Assembly (NCBI GenBank): GCA_946965045.2
Contig: OX337239.1
Coordinates: forward strand, 372,001-436,000
Source: Epithemia pelagica
Lineage: Eukaryota; Protista; Bacillariophyta
DNA length: 64,000 nucleotides
Direction of reading: 5' to 3'
Shown here: positions 55,266 to 64,000 of the stretch, in pieces
Numbering within the stretch: the stretch's first letter is position 1
Layout: every line of letters starts with the position of its first letter
Program-made: the position numbers and the translations under genes
Notes under the pieces: generated by a model
What the model was told of the DNA's origin: nothing
Databases searched by the model: none
The model's input: only the letters and a program-made list of their open reading frames with translations

Positions 55266-58200
55266 ATGAGTCGTCGTATGGATCCGAATCGTCGTCCTAG
55301 CAACGGCTTGGATCCATTCGTCGTGAACGACGACAACAAGAACAAGGACAACAACCATGGCCAGTCGCTGGAACGACGATGCGATTCCCCGGTCGAAATT
55401 GTCTTTGAGAATCGTTTGATGGATCAGGAACATGACGAGGATGAAGATCCTCCTTCTGTCTTGTTTGACCCGAAACAGGAGAATGATTTGGACGATAGGA
55501 TCCACCACCACGAGATGTTCTTACAACAATCGACAAGAGTTCCACAGGGCCATCCTCGTCCAGTAGTAGTCGAACCGAACATGGATGGTGACGAGACAGA
55601 AAATGATAGCAACGACGACCACCACGACAAGAATGACGAAACAGACCTGGACCAGCAGCACACCGACCAGAATGAGCCACAAGAAGAGCAACAAGAAGAA
55701 CAAAAACAATCACCATCACCAGTCAACGACTCTATTCTTGGTATTCCAGAGCCGCAACCTGGAGAGACTGGGCAAACCCTCGTGGTGGATCCAGACGTGT
55801 TGGTGGCTTGTTCGTCTTCTGCTGCTGCTGCGGCTGCTGCTACTGGTGCTTCTTTGTTGCGACAGGACGAAGCACATAGCAATGGATTGGTTCCCACCAG
55901 AATCCATTCTCTTCTTCCTCTTTCCGACGCTTCACCTCCTCCCCTATTGTTACTAGCCAACTATCCCTTTTGGCAAGACTACAACCACCACCAACAAGAC
56001 GACGGCGAAGAGACGGAAATTGTCTTTGAACGCATCACCCCATTGACTACTAACATCATGGACGCAAAACCTTCGAGCAAAGAAGATGATCTTGCATACA
56101 CCAATCCAGAGGATGAACTCCATGACAACAACAACAACAACAAGAGCATGGCGACAGTCCCCCCAACCACCACTAATGACGGCAGTGTGGAATCATTCGA
56201 TGGAACTGCTCCGACATTGCATCCTCGACCAAACCACCAAGGGGCCTTTTATTCTGGATCCTCCATTCTCGAGAGTCAACAAACGGTATTCTATAGGGAT
56301 TCCATGATTGGTGCCGCCTTGGAAAAGGGTATTTCCTTGGACCCCGTCTTTTACGATCCTGCGGCACCGACTTCAGTATCCACCGCGGCTGCCTCCAACA
56401 GCAACCGGTCCCACCCCTACCACAAAAAGTGCTCGAGTGGCACCCCGACCACCACTCATACCACCTCCTCGTCGGTAGGACGAGGTCGTTCGGGAGGAGT
56501 GGCGGTGGGACTCAGTGAGAATATCATGGTCTTGCCCGTTTGTCGGCAATACATTGAAGATCGCGTCTCGGGCTTTTCCTATGTCCCCAAGGTGTATCGA
56601 GGCTTGCCCGATGCCGGTGGAACCTTTCATTATCATGATCATGACACCAATCCGACCGATTGTCGCAATCGACCTCCACACTTTTTGTGTTATTTGCCAC
56701 CCTGTGTCCGGAAATGTCCCGGTGTTTTGGAACAAAATGCCATTTGTGAATGGGTGGGCAAATGGGGCTTTCATCGGTACTTTAAAAATCGACACAAGGC
56801 CCGACGACGCATCTTTTTTATTGGCTTTACCTTTAATTTGATTGCCCTTGGCTTGACGGTCGTGTCGGCCATGGCTGGGTCTCGGAATTTTACATTGCTC
56901 ACCCATACCTCCTTTACCCGAGGACGTGCTCAAGTCTTTGAAAAGTCTAGTAATAGCGTACCTGTTTCGTCGTCCCTGTCCGAAACGCAATCCATACAAC
57001 AACAACAAGATCCAGCAGGGCTTTGGGAGTTGCAAGGAACCGTGACGATTGATATTGGATTTCGGGCCTTGGCACGATACGATCCGGATGGTGTGAGCGA
57101 TGATATCGATCGTAGTGACGACCAAGAATTTATCATTACACTCAACAACTTTTGTGAGAATCCGCAAGCTACCAGTAACACCGAGCAAGGCATGGAAATC
57201 AAAGAGTTGCTGGAACAAGAATTGTGTGGTACCTGTCGAGGCAGTTCGCAGTCCTTTGTTTTGAGCAGTATTATCAACATCATTATCATTTTGCGCAACA
57301 TGTTTTCCGATATCACCCGCATGTATCCCAATTACGATTTGAATTGTCCCAATTTTTACGGAAGTCTCATGGCCACTGTCAGTGTCATTCTCGGTGTCTA
57401 CACTGCCTTTGCCTATCAAGCACGATGTCAAACGAATTTGCAGTCTGAATTTTACTGGTATGGTAGCAGTGACAATGCAACCTCTGTGAATTTTGACGAA
57501 TTGAACGAGAATGATGGATTTGTCAATATGAAAGTTACGTTTGACTGGTACAATGGACCCGGCTTGAATTGTTTGATTACAGCTACCTTTTTGAAAATCA
57601 TGGACACGATTGCCAACTACATGGTGCCGACACCAACCATTACTCGCAGTTGGGAGGAACAGCAAGATTACGAATTGGAATTTGGAACCCGTCTGGATGG
57701 CGAGCAGTCGGCTCACCTGATGACCGTCACACGACAGCAAGGAGTGGAATGGATTGCCAACGATACCAATGATGACGACGAGTATCAAACCTACAACAAG
57801 TCGCCGGCCGTTCTGGCACGACAGTGCAAACAACGAGAACAACAGCAGCGACAGCAAGAGCTGGAGAAACAAAAACCAAGTGAGCATCTCGCCTCCCGGA
57901 GCGCCAGCGAGGATGAGAATGATCCAGAGATTGGAGCTTCCAATCGACCCGTCGAGGATGAGGAGGACGGGACACTACAGCTTTCCATGCGCACCACTCG
58001 GTCACAAAACAAGGAGGATAGATCAGTGACGGGTTCCTCTACAACCCCCTCTGTGATTCGGGATTCGGCGTCCAAGTCATTGACCCCTGACATTCCCCAT
58101 GTGGACTCCAACGATTCGTGGGAAGCTCGAAGAAGCCGGTTTAAACGAAGAGAAAAGTCGCTCTCCGATGACGACCTCGATGAGCTGGACCAGCTAGATG

Positions 58201-58376
58201 ACTACGAGGACAGCGACAAGGACATGATGGATGGCAGCCGCACAAGGACAAGCATCCAGCAACAGAATGTAGAAGACGATGTGCTCGTGGGACCAGGTGC
58301 TATTGGAGGAAACAATGGTGGGGAGTGGAGGAATCAATCTACTTTGCAAAGCGCGATGGAAAATGCCACTTGGTGA
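55266..58376 (+). CDS. Hypothetical ~1036-aa protein with a central four-TM (claudin-like topology) domain and long acidic disordered termini
   Basis: Long intronless ORF; first ATG at 55266 (the ORF track starts at GTG 55044). Four hydrophobic segments (IFFIGFTFNLIALGLTVV, FVLSSIINIIII, LMATVSVILGVYTAFAY, GLNCLITATFLKIMD) with Cys in the loops. Confidence 0.8.
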   Translation: MSRRMDPNRRPSNGLDPFVVNDDNKNKDNNHGQSLERRCDSPVEIVFENRLMDQEHDEDEDPPSVLFDPKQENDLDDRIHHHEMFLQQSTRVPQGHPRPVVVEPNMDGDETENDSNDDHHDKNDETDLDQQHTDQNEPQEEQQEEQKQSPSPVNDSILGIPEPQPGETGQTLVVDPDVLVACSSSAAAAAAATGASLLRQDEAHSNGLVPTRIHSLLPLSDASPPPLLLLANYPFWQDYNHHQQDDGEETEIVFERITPLTTNIMDAKPSSKEDDLAYTNPEDELHDNNNNNKSMATVPPTTTNDGSVESFDGTAPTLHPRPNHQGAFYSGSSILESQQTVFYRDSMIGAALEKGISLDPVFYDPAAPTSVSTAAASNSNRSHPYHKKCSSGTPTTTHTTSSSVGRGRSGGVAVGLSENIMVLPVCRQYIEDRVSGFSYVPKVYRGLPDAGGTFHYHDHDTNPTDCRNRPPHFLCYLPPCVRKCPGVLEQNAICEWVGKWGFHRYFKNRHKARRRIFFIGFTFNLIALGLTVVSAMAGSRNFTLLTHTSFTRGRAQVFEKSSNSVPVSSSLSETQSIQQQQDPAGLWELQGTVTIDIGFRALARYDPDGVSDDIDRSDDQEFIITLNNFCENPQATSNTEQGMEIKELLEQELCGTCRGSSQSFVLSSIINIIIILRNMFSDITRMYPNYDLNCPNFYGSLMATVSVILGVYTAFAYQARCQTNLQSEFYWYGSSDNATSVNFDELNENDGFVNMKVTFDWYNGPGLNCLITATFLKIMDTIANYMVPTPTITRSWEEQQDYELEFGTRLDGEQSAHLMTVTRQQGVEWIANDTNDDDEYQTYNKSPAVLARQCKQREQQQRQQELEKQKPSEHLASRSASEDENDPEIGASNRPVEDEEDGTLQLSMRTTRSQNKEDRSVTGSSTTPSVIRDSASKSLTPDIPHVDSNDSWEARRSRFKRREKSLSDDDLDELDQLDDYEDSDKDMMDGSRTRTSIQQQNVEDDVLVGPGAIGGNNGGEWRNQSTLQSAMENATW

Positions 58377-59561
58377 GGGTGTAAACGAACATGAGACAGT
58401 AATCGCAAGGCTGGCCTCTACTTCCCAAGGCAAGTACTACATGACTCTTCATGCCTGGCTTTACATATCGCGTTTCTGCCTTTCGTGGGAGTGTTCAAAG
58501 ACGACTAACAAGCACCTAGGCTCTGAATCATCCCAAGTACAACATCGGGAGCAAGGGTGAATTGTGGAAGAATGTGTTTCCCGGCACCAGATATGTTGCG
58601 CGAAAGTTTCGGGTACATCGACTTCGATTTCGACAGAATGTAGCGATCTTTGGATTCGATTGCATCTACCAGAAGAATCTCTGTCGGGCCAATTGCATCT
58701 ATGTGAGTGCCCAAAAGTCTAATATCTGCACTCTTCAGCCATCGCAATCCGCAGGCTTTCCTATAGACAACCATGCTACGAATCCGAAGGTGAGAGGCCA
58801 GAGGCTATCGCTCGATCGAACTCAGACGGAAAAGGCGAGACTTAATAGGAGGTACCAATGATATATTTATCCTATTCCGTGTCTATACAGCGCATGGAGA
58901 GTTGGAATTGGTGACTAGAAACTGGACCATTACGCGTTCACAACATCCGAACCCATCCAGGGCGAGCGAATCTGACAGATTCTCCTTAAGGCATCCCTCC
59001 AAAGCGACTGAACAGCGACAGTCTTAAGACGTTCTGGACTAAATTTTCAGATGTCTCATTGTCTTTACGTGACACAATTCATGTCTCATCGGGAATCATG
59101 TTCCAGCGTCCAATGCGACCGATTTGGCTATGCGTACTACTCCAAAAACGAACTCACATAATTCGGAACCCTTGAAGAACCGTGGCAATGTTAAACCCGC
59201 AATCACATTTCTCGATTTGGGAACTTGGGTTCTGCACAGAGACAAAGACAATGTGGAGTGATGCAGGGTTCGACCCGACCTTTCTACACTGACTTGGTAC
59301 TCTGCTATGGCTGTCCTTTTGATCAAGCCATCACCATCACCTCTCATTCATTTCTTCTGAGCAGAGTTGATAATTGGAATCGGTTTCCCTCCACAAAAAA
59401 GGAAACCAATCTTGGCAGGACCACCGGGAAAACCAAAACGTGTGTTTGTGTGGGCGTGTGGTTGTGATAGCGTTATTGTTGTTGTTTTCGCTTCGTGATC
59501 AAACCGAGTATTGCGTTCTATCCAACAAAGCAACCAACAAACCAAGACAACCCGCATCAGC

Positions 59562-61931
59562 ATGTTTCTGAATGTATCGAGCGCCGCGCGCTTGGGCGAG
59601 GCCATTGCGGCCAAGGAAATGAGACGAAATGGAGGTAGTGTTTCATCCAAGAAGACTTCATCAAGCACATCGAAGAGCGGTAGTAGCGTAAGCAAGAAGA
59701 AAAAGATTTCATCATCTTCCTCGGTTGCATCGTCGTCCATGAAGGCACAACAACCCAAGGGGGGTTCTTCACAGTCTCTCAAATCTGCATCGGCACATTC
59801 CAAAACATCCAAGAGCATCAAGAGTAGTACTAGCAGCCAAAAGGTACATCCCACCAAATCGACCAGCGCAGGAAGTGGAGATCGATTGTCCATCTTTCTG
59901 AGCAAAGGCGGAGCAGGCAAAAAGAGTTCCACCAAGAGTCAACAACTACTCAGAAATGCCTTGGATGAGTCCTCCACTTCCACATTGACTACGTGCCAAT
60001 CCACTTCGCTTCATTCCGACTCCTCCCTGCTCAACTTGCTCGATCAAAAACTGATTGGAGAACTCGAGTCAGAAGCTCCAGCCAGCCGTCCTGTTCCCCA
60101 GAAAGGATCTGCCAAGAAAGATAGTTTGCCATCCACCATCTCGTCCTTTACTGCGAAATCAAGACAAGCTCCCACATCCAGGATAACTTCTTCATCCTCA
60201 TCCGGGAAGGCCCAAGGCAAGTCCCAACAGACTCCCAAAGATTCGCGACGTGGAGCGACTCCCATGCGAGGAATCAGACCATTTTTTTCTCAGTCGTCCT
60301 CCAATCCAGCAGCCGATGACACGATGAGTGTGACGAGTACTCGAAGTGCCCCTTCCGCCATGGGAGGAGGAGGAAGAGGCAAGAACACGGAATCTCCCAC
60401 ACAGCGTCCGGCTGCCCGAAGAGGATCCATTGTGATTCAGCCCCAGCAGCCTCCCTCTCGTGCCACATCCGACAAAGAAGAACCACCAAATGATCGCCGT
60501 CCCGCAAGCATGGTCCGCGTTCCCCAAGTTCTTGATGATGATTCACGTGTTGTGGATGGTAGAGGGTCCATGGTTCAGCACCAAAGCCCACCATTTCAAC
60601 AAGAAGCATCATCCAGAGCCACGGATCATCGCCCCCGAAGTCGTAGTATGCCTCCCCGAAGGGGTTCGGCAACCGTCTATTCACCTCCTGGGCCAACCCA
60701 CATTCAATCCAATCCCATTCATTGGTCCGAAACGGTTGCATCTGCTACGAATCAAGGCGGTGAAGAGAACCTGACTTTGCCATTCATGGATTCCCCCATG
60801 AAACAACCACACGAACAACAACAGGAGGTCCTGACTTCTCCTCGCCAGCACACGCTGATTCGAAGCCGTAGCATGTCCATGATCAATCGAAGAGGATCCT
60901 TGTCCTCAAACGATGAAGAAGAAAAACAAGGGGACGCATCTCTTGCTGCCGCTCTGGAAGCCTCCTCGAACCACACCAACACACTGGAGGAATCCGTCAG
61001 TGGCAGTTTTCCCACAAGTAGGATGCCCATGAACCATACCAATGCCAGCATGGATGATGAAGAAACCATTCACGGCTTTTCTGCTTCTTCCGATGAGGAT
61101 AAGGAAAGTATCCCAAGTTCCGAGGATTCCGTGGACCCGGCGGAGCGCATCCAGCCGTCCTCCAATCATCATCACCATCATATACAGCGTCGAACCCCTC
61201 GTCGGACCATGGCTCGAACCAATTCTACGGGAGCCTTGACCGATATGGTCCTTCCATCGGCCGAAAACCTCCTCTTGTCTGTCTCGTGGAGCAAGCCACT
61301 TCGCAGTTGTCTGGTACGAGATACTGCCTTGATGAGGAACCGCAAGGCGCATCACCGCGTGGTGATTGATGAAAGCAAGAATTTGCACTACGAACGGTTG
61401 CTCCCCATTTCCAAAAAGGAAGCCGAAACCTGCTGGTTTACCTTCAAGGAATGCAAGCAAATGAAGGCCGATACATCCTCCTATGCCTTTCGGTCGGCTC
61501 GGTATCTGGCGAATCAAGATCCCAATGAGATGCAAAACGCATTGGCCATGGGATACAAGACCTGTTGTGAGACGCTCGAACCCTTGACCAAGGCACAAGT
61601 CGGTCTCATCAAAAAGTGTCTGGAACAAAGTCGTTCGACTGGATTGGAACAAGTCTTGATTGAATCCATCAAGTTGATTAGCCATGACAAGAAACTTCGT
61701 CGTCAAAAAATGTTGGCCATGGTGGCGTACCGAAGCACGATATCAGCCGAGTTGAGCGAGGACGAACAAGCTGAGATGGTGCGACAAAAGTGCGCCGAAC
61801 TCAGTCGTCCGGGAGAATTGTTTGCCTTGGCCATTGGTCAAGCCCAACAACAACAAGTCCATCGTTCGGGCGAATCGGGACACACAAAGGCGGCTCGTCG
61901 ACCTTCTCTCTGGGATCGTCTACGAGCGTAG
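59562..61931 (+). CDS. Hypothetical Ser/Lys-rich ~790-aa protein with a helical C-terminal domain
   Basis: Long ORF, first ATG at 59562. Low-complexity N-terminal two-thirds. C-terminal VVIDE...ETCWFTFKECKQMK...GLEQ motif pattern of a kind I recall from diatom hypothetical proteins. Confidence 0.8.
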   Translation: MFLNVSSAARLGEAIAAKEMRRNGGSVSSKKTSSSTSKSGSSVSKKKKISSSSSVASSSMKAQQPKGGSSQSLKSASAHSKTSKSIKSSTSSQKVHPTKSTSAGSGDRLSIFLSKGGAGKKSSTKSQQLLRNALDESSTSTLTTCQSTSLHSDSSLLNLLDQKLIGELESEAPASRPVPQKGSAKKDSLPSTISSFTAKSRQAPTSRITSSSSSGKAQGKSQQTPKDSRRGATPMRGIRPFFSQSSSNPAADDTMSVTSTRSAPSAMGGGGRGKNTESPTQRPAARRGSIVIQPQQPPSRATSDKEEPPNDRRPASMVRVPQVLDDDSRVVDGRGSMVQHQSPPFQQEASSRATDHRPRSRSMPPRRGSATVYSPPGPTHIQSNPIHWSETVASATNQGGEENLTLPFMDSPMKQPHEQQQEVLTSPRQHTLIRSRSMSMINRRGSLSSNDEEEKQGDASLAAALEASSNHTNTLEESVSGSFPTSRMPMNHTNASMDDEETIHGFSASSDEDKESIPSSEDSVDPAERIQPSSNHHHHHIQRRTPRRTMARTNSTGALTDMVLPSAENLLLSVSWSKPLRSCLVRDTALMRNRKAHHRVVIDESKNLHYERLLPISKKEAETCWFTFKECKQMKADTSSYAFRSARYLANQDPNEMQNALAMGYKTCCETLEPLTKAQVGLIKKCLEQSRSTGLEQVLIESIKLISHDKKLRRQKMLAMVAYRSTISAELSEDEQAEMVRQKCAELSRPGELFALAIGQAQQQQVHRSGESGHTKAARRPSLWDRLRA

Positions 61932-63520
61932 TAGATCGCATGCCTATATGAACTTGTGGCGAACGGCCACAGGTATTCTCCCCTCAGATAACACTATATA
62001 CTTGTTCTTAGAGAGGCTGGACAAATCTTGTCTCGCGCGAACTTTCCATAGACGAACCAAATGAATTTCCTTCTCGTTCCTCTCGTACATTCCCCGACTC
62101 AATATTGTAGGTTTCACCAAAAAAGATGGTAAAACGTCAGACAAATTGGCGAGAGAGAGATTGGCGTGATCGGAACCAAGAAACAACAGATGCTGGCAAA
62201 CAGAGGACCAAAACCATATGCGTCTCTCTGATCTGCTGCCAGTACCCGCAATGAAAACATCGCAATTGGATCCATGATCCAGCACCAAAGCCCACCATTG
62301 AAACAAGAAGCATCATCCAGAGCCACGGATCATCGCCCACGAAGAGGTTCGGCAACCGTCTATTCACCTCCTGGGTCAACCCACATTCAATCTTATCCCA
62401 TTCATTGGCCCGAAACGGATGCATCTGCTGCGAATCAAGGCGGCGAAGAGATCCTGACTTTGCCATTCATGGACTATCCCACGAAACAAGAACAAGAACA
62501 GGAGGTCCTGACTTCTCCTCTCCACAACACACTGATTCGAAGCCATAGCATGTCCATGATCAATCGAAGAGGATCCTTCTCCTCGAACGATGAAGAAGAA
62601 AAACAAGTGGACGCATCTCTTGCCGCCGCTCTGGAAGCCTCCTCGAACCACAACAACAACACACTGGAGGAAGCAATTTCCAAAAAGGAAGCCGAAACCT
62701 GCTGGTTTACCTTCAAGGAATGCAAGCAAATGAAGGCCGATACATCATCCTATGCCTTTCGGTCGGCTCGGTATCTGGCGAATCAAGATCCCAATGAGAT
62801 GCAAAACGCATTGGCCATGGGATACAAGACCTGTTGTGAGACGCTCGAACCCTTGACCAAGGCACAAGTCGGTCTCATCAAAAAGTGTCTGGAACAAAGT
62901 CGTTCGACTGGATTGGAACAAGTCTTGATTGAATCCATCAAGTTGATTAGCCATGACAAGAAACTTCGTCGTCAAAAAATGTTGGCCATGGTGGCGTACC
63001 GAAGCACGATATCAGCCGAGTTGAGCGAGGACGAACAAGCTGAGATGGTGCGACAAAAGTGCGCCGAACTCAGTCGTCCGGGAGAATTGTTTGCCTTGGC
63101 CATTGGTCAAGCCCAACAACAACAACAACAAGTCCATCGTTCGGGCGAATCTGGACACACCAAGGCGGCTCGTCGACCGTCTCTCTGGGATCGCCTACGA
63201 GCGTAGTAGATCGCACGCCTTCATGAGATAACACTATATACTTGTGTGTACTAAGAGAGGCTGGACAAATCTTGTCTTGCGCGAACTTTCAATAGACGAA
63301 CCAAAAGAATTTCCTTCTCGTTGCTCTCGTACATTTCCCGACTCATATTGTAGGGTTCACCAAACCAAAGATGGTAAAATGTCACGCAAATGAGCGAGAG
63401 AGAGAGAGTGACGTGATTGGAACCAAGAAAACAACAGATGCTGGCAAACAGAGGACCAACCATATGCGTCTCTCGGATCTGCTGCCAGCAACCGCAATGA
63501 CAACATCGCAATTCTCATGC
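61932..63520 (+). repeat. Tandem duplication of ~1275 bp (3' coding part plus 3' flank)
   Basis: 61932-62270 is repeated at 63207-63520; the stops at 61931 and 63206 are 1275 bp apart. Confidence 0.85.
62274..63206 (+). CDS. Truncated tandem duplicate (310 aa) of the 3' part of 59562-61931
   Basis: Homologous to 60570-60992 and near-identical to 61407-61931, with in-frame internal deletions; same stop context. Confidence 0.6.
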   Translation: MIQHQSPPLKQEASSRATDHRPRRGSATVYSPPGSTHIQSYPIHWPETDASAANQGGEEILTLPFMDYPTKQEQEQEVLTSPLHNTLIRSHSMSMINRRGSFSSNDEEEKQVDASLAAALEASSNHNNNTLEEAISKKEAETCWFTFKECKQMKADTSSYAFRSARYLANQDPNEMQNALAMGYKTCCETLEPLTKAQVGLIKKCLEQSRSTGLEQVLIESIKLISHDKKLRRQKMLAMVAYRSTISAELSEDEQAEMVRQKCAELSRPGELFALAIGQAQQQQQQVHRSGESGHTKAARRPSLWDRLRA

Positions 63521-63704
63521 AACGCATTCCATGGTTGAAACTTTCAACCATGGTGGACCTCGACCCATTCCACATCCATTGGTACGTCAACTCTTACCGT
63601 GTCTCTCTCTCGGTATATAGAGAGATACCCATCAAGTCAGAAGCATGTTACGCAGATGAAAAGCGCCATTGCCCCCGAGACGATCCGCGTTGTCAATCGC
63701 ATGA

Positions 63705-63788
63705 TAGACGCTACCGGTCGATGGCCAGACTGTTTTCGTTGTCGATCGCCTGTTAGACGCTACCGGTCGATGGCCAGACTGTTTTCGT
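63705..63788 (+). repeat. 35-bp perfect direct repeat, two copies with a 14-bp spacer
   Basis: TAGACGCTACCGGTCGATGGCCAGACTGTTTTCGT at 63705-63739 and 63754-63788. Confidence 0.9.
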
Positions 63789-64000
63789 CTGTCCAGGTGG
63801 CGTGGCCGGGTTCCTCCGTTCCTCCTCCGCCGCATCCAACCGGTGAGAATTTCTGTCATGAATCTTCGTTGGAGGCTTAAGTGGAGCACGCGTTCGACAC
63901 GTGGCACATTTCGAATGTGGTAAGAACATTACGACTATTGCCTTTGTATTGCCTTTGAGCGATATGGGGGACTGTAGACTTCGTCTATACTGCTGTACCC

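Noticed and set aside
55140-61706. Long antisense ORFs (56373..57887 504 aa, 60906..61706 266 aa and others)
   Set aside because: They are mirror frames of the two large plus-strand genes, expected from codon bias.
63705-63788. 35-bp repeat pair as a mini-CRISPR
   Set aside because: Only two copies, a 14-bp spacer, eukaryotic nuclear context and no cas genes.

Overview
The window is chimeric. Its two flanks (1-9073 and 54268-64000) look like diatom nuclear DNA of moderate GC. Between two exactly 200-N gaps lies a ~44.8 kb, very AT-rich contig (9274-54067) that is an almost complete diatom-type mitochondrial genome. The left flank holds four paralogous DUF707-like Golgi glycosyltransferase-type genes: two intact, one pseudogene and one cut by the gap. 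The right flank begins with sequence homologous to the upstream region of those paralogs, so the two flanks appear collinear with only ~0.55 kb missing where the mtDNA now sits. This is either a mis-scaffolded organelle contig or a very recent whole-mtDNA NUMT. The right flank then carries a ~1036-aa four-TM protein, a Ser-rich ~790-aa protein and nested partial tandem duplicates of it. The mtDNA encodes rnl, rns, 33 recognisable proteins plus one unassigned ORF (possibly rpl10) and 17 canonical tRNAs, mostly on the minus strand in the standard code. Notable features: (1) a ~305-bp double-hairpin repeat at five same-orientation loci, with a 3,080-bp ten-unit higher-order period shared by the two large arrays; (2) a 28-nt frame-breaking insert at the nad11 CPV|GALT junction; (3) two tRNA-like elements with a missing or aberrant anticodon arm; (4) no tRNAs for Ala, Arg, Asn, Gly, Val or Thr, and no rps13, rps19 or tatA, in the assembled part; (5) several non-ATG starts; (6) ORFs that read through into tRNAs. 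All calls come from reading the sequence by eye; no searches or folding programs were run.
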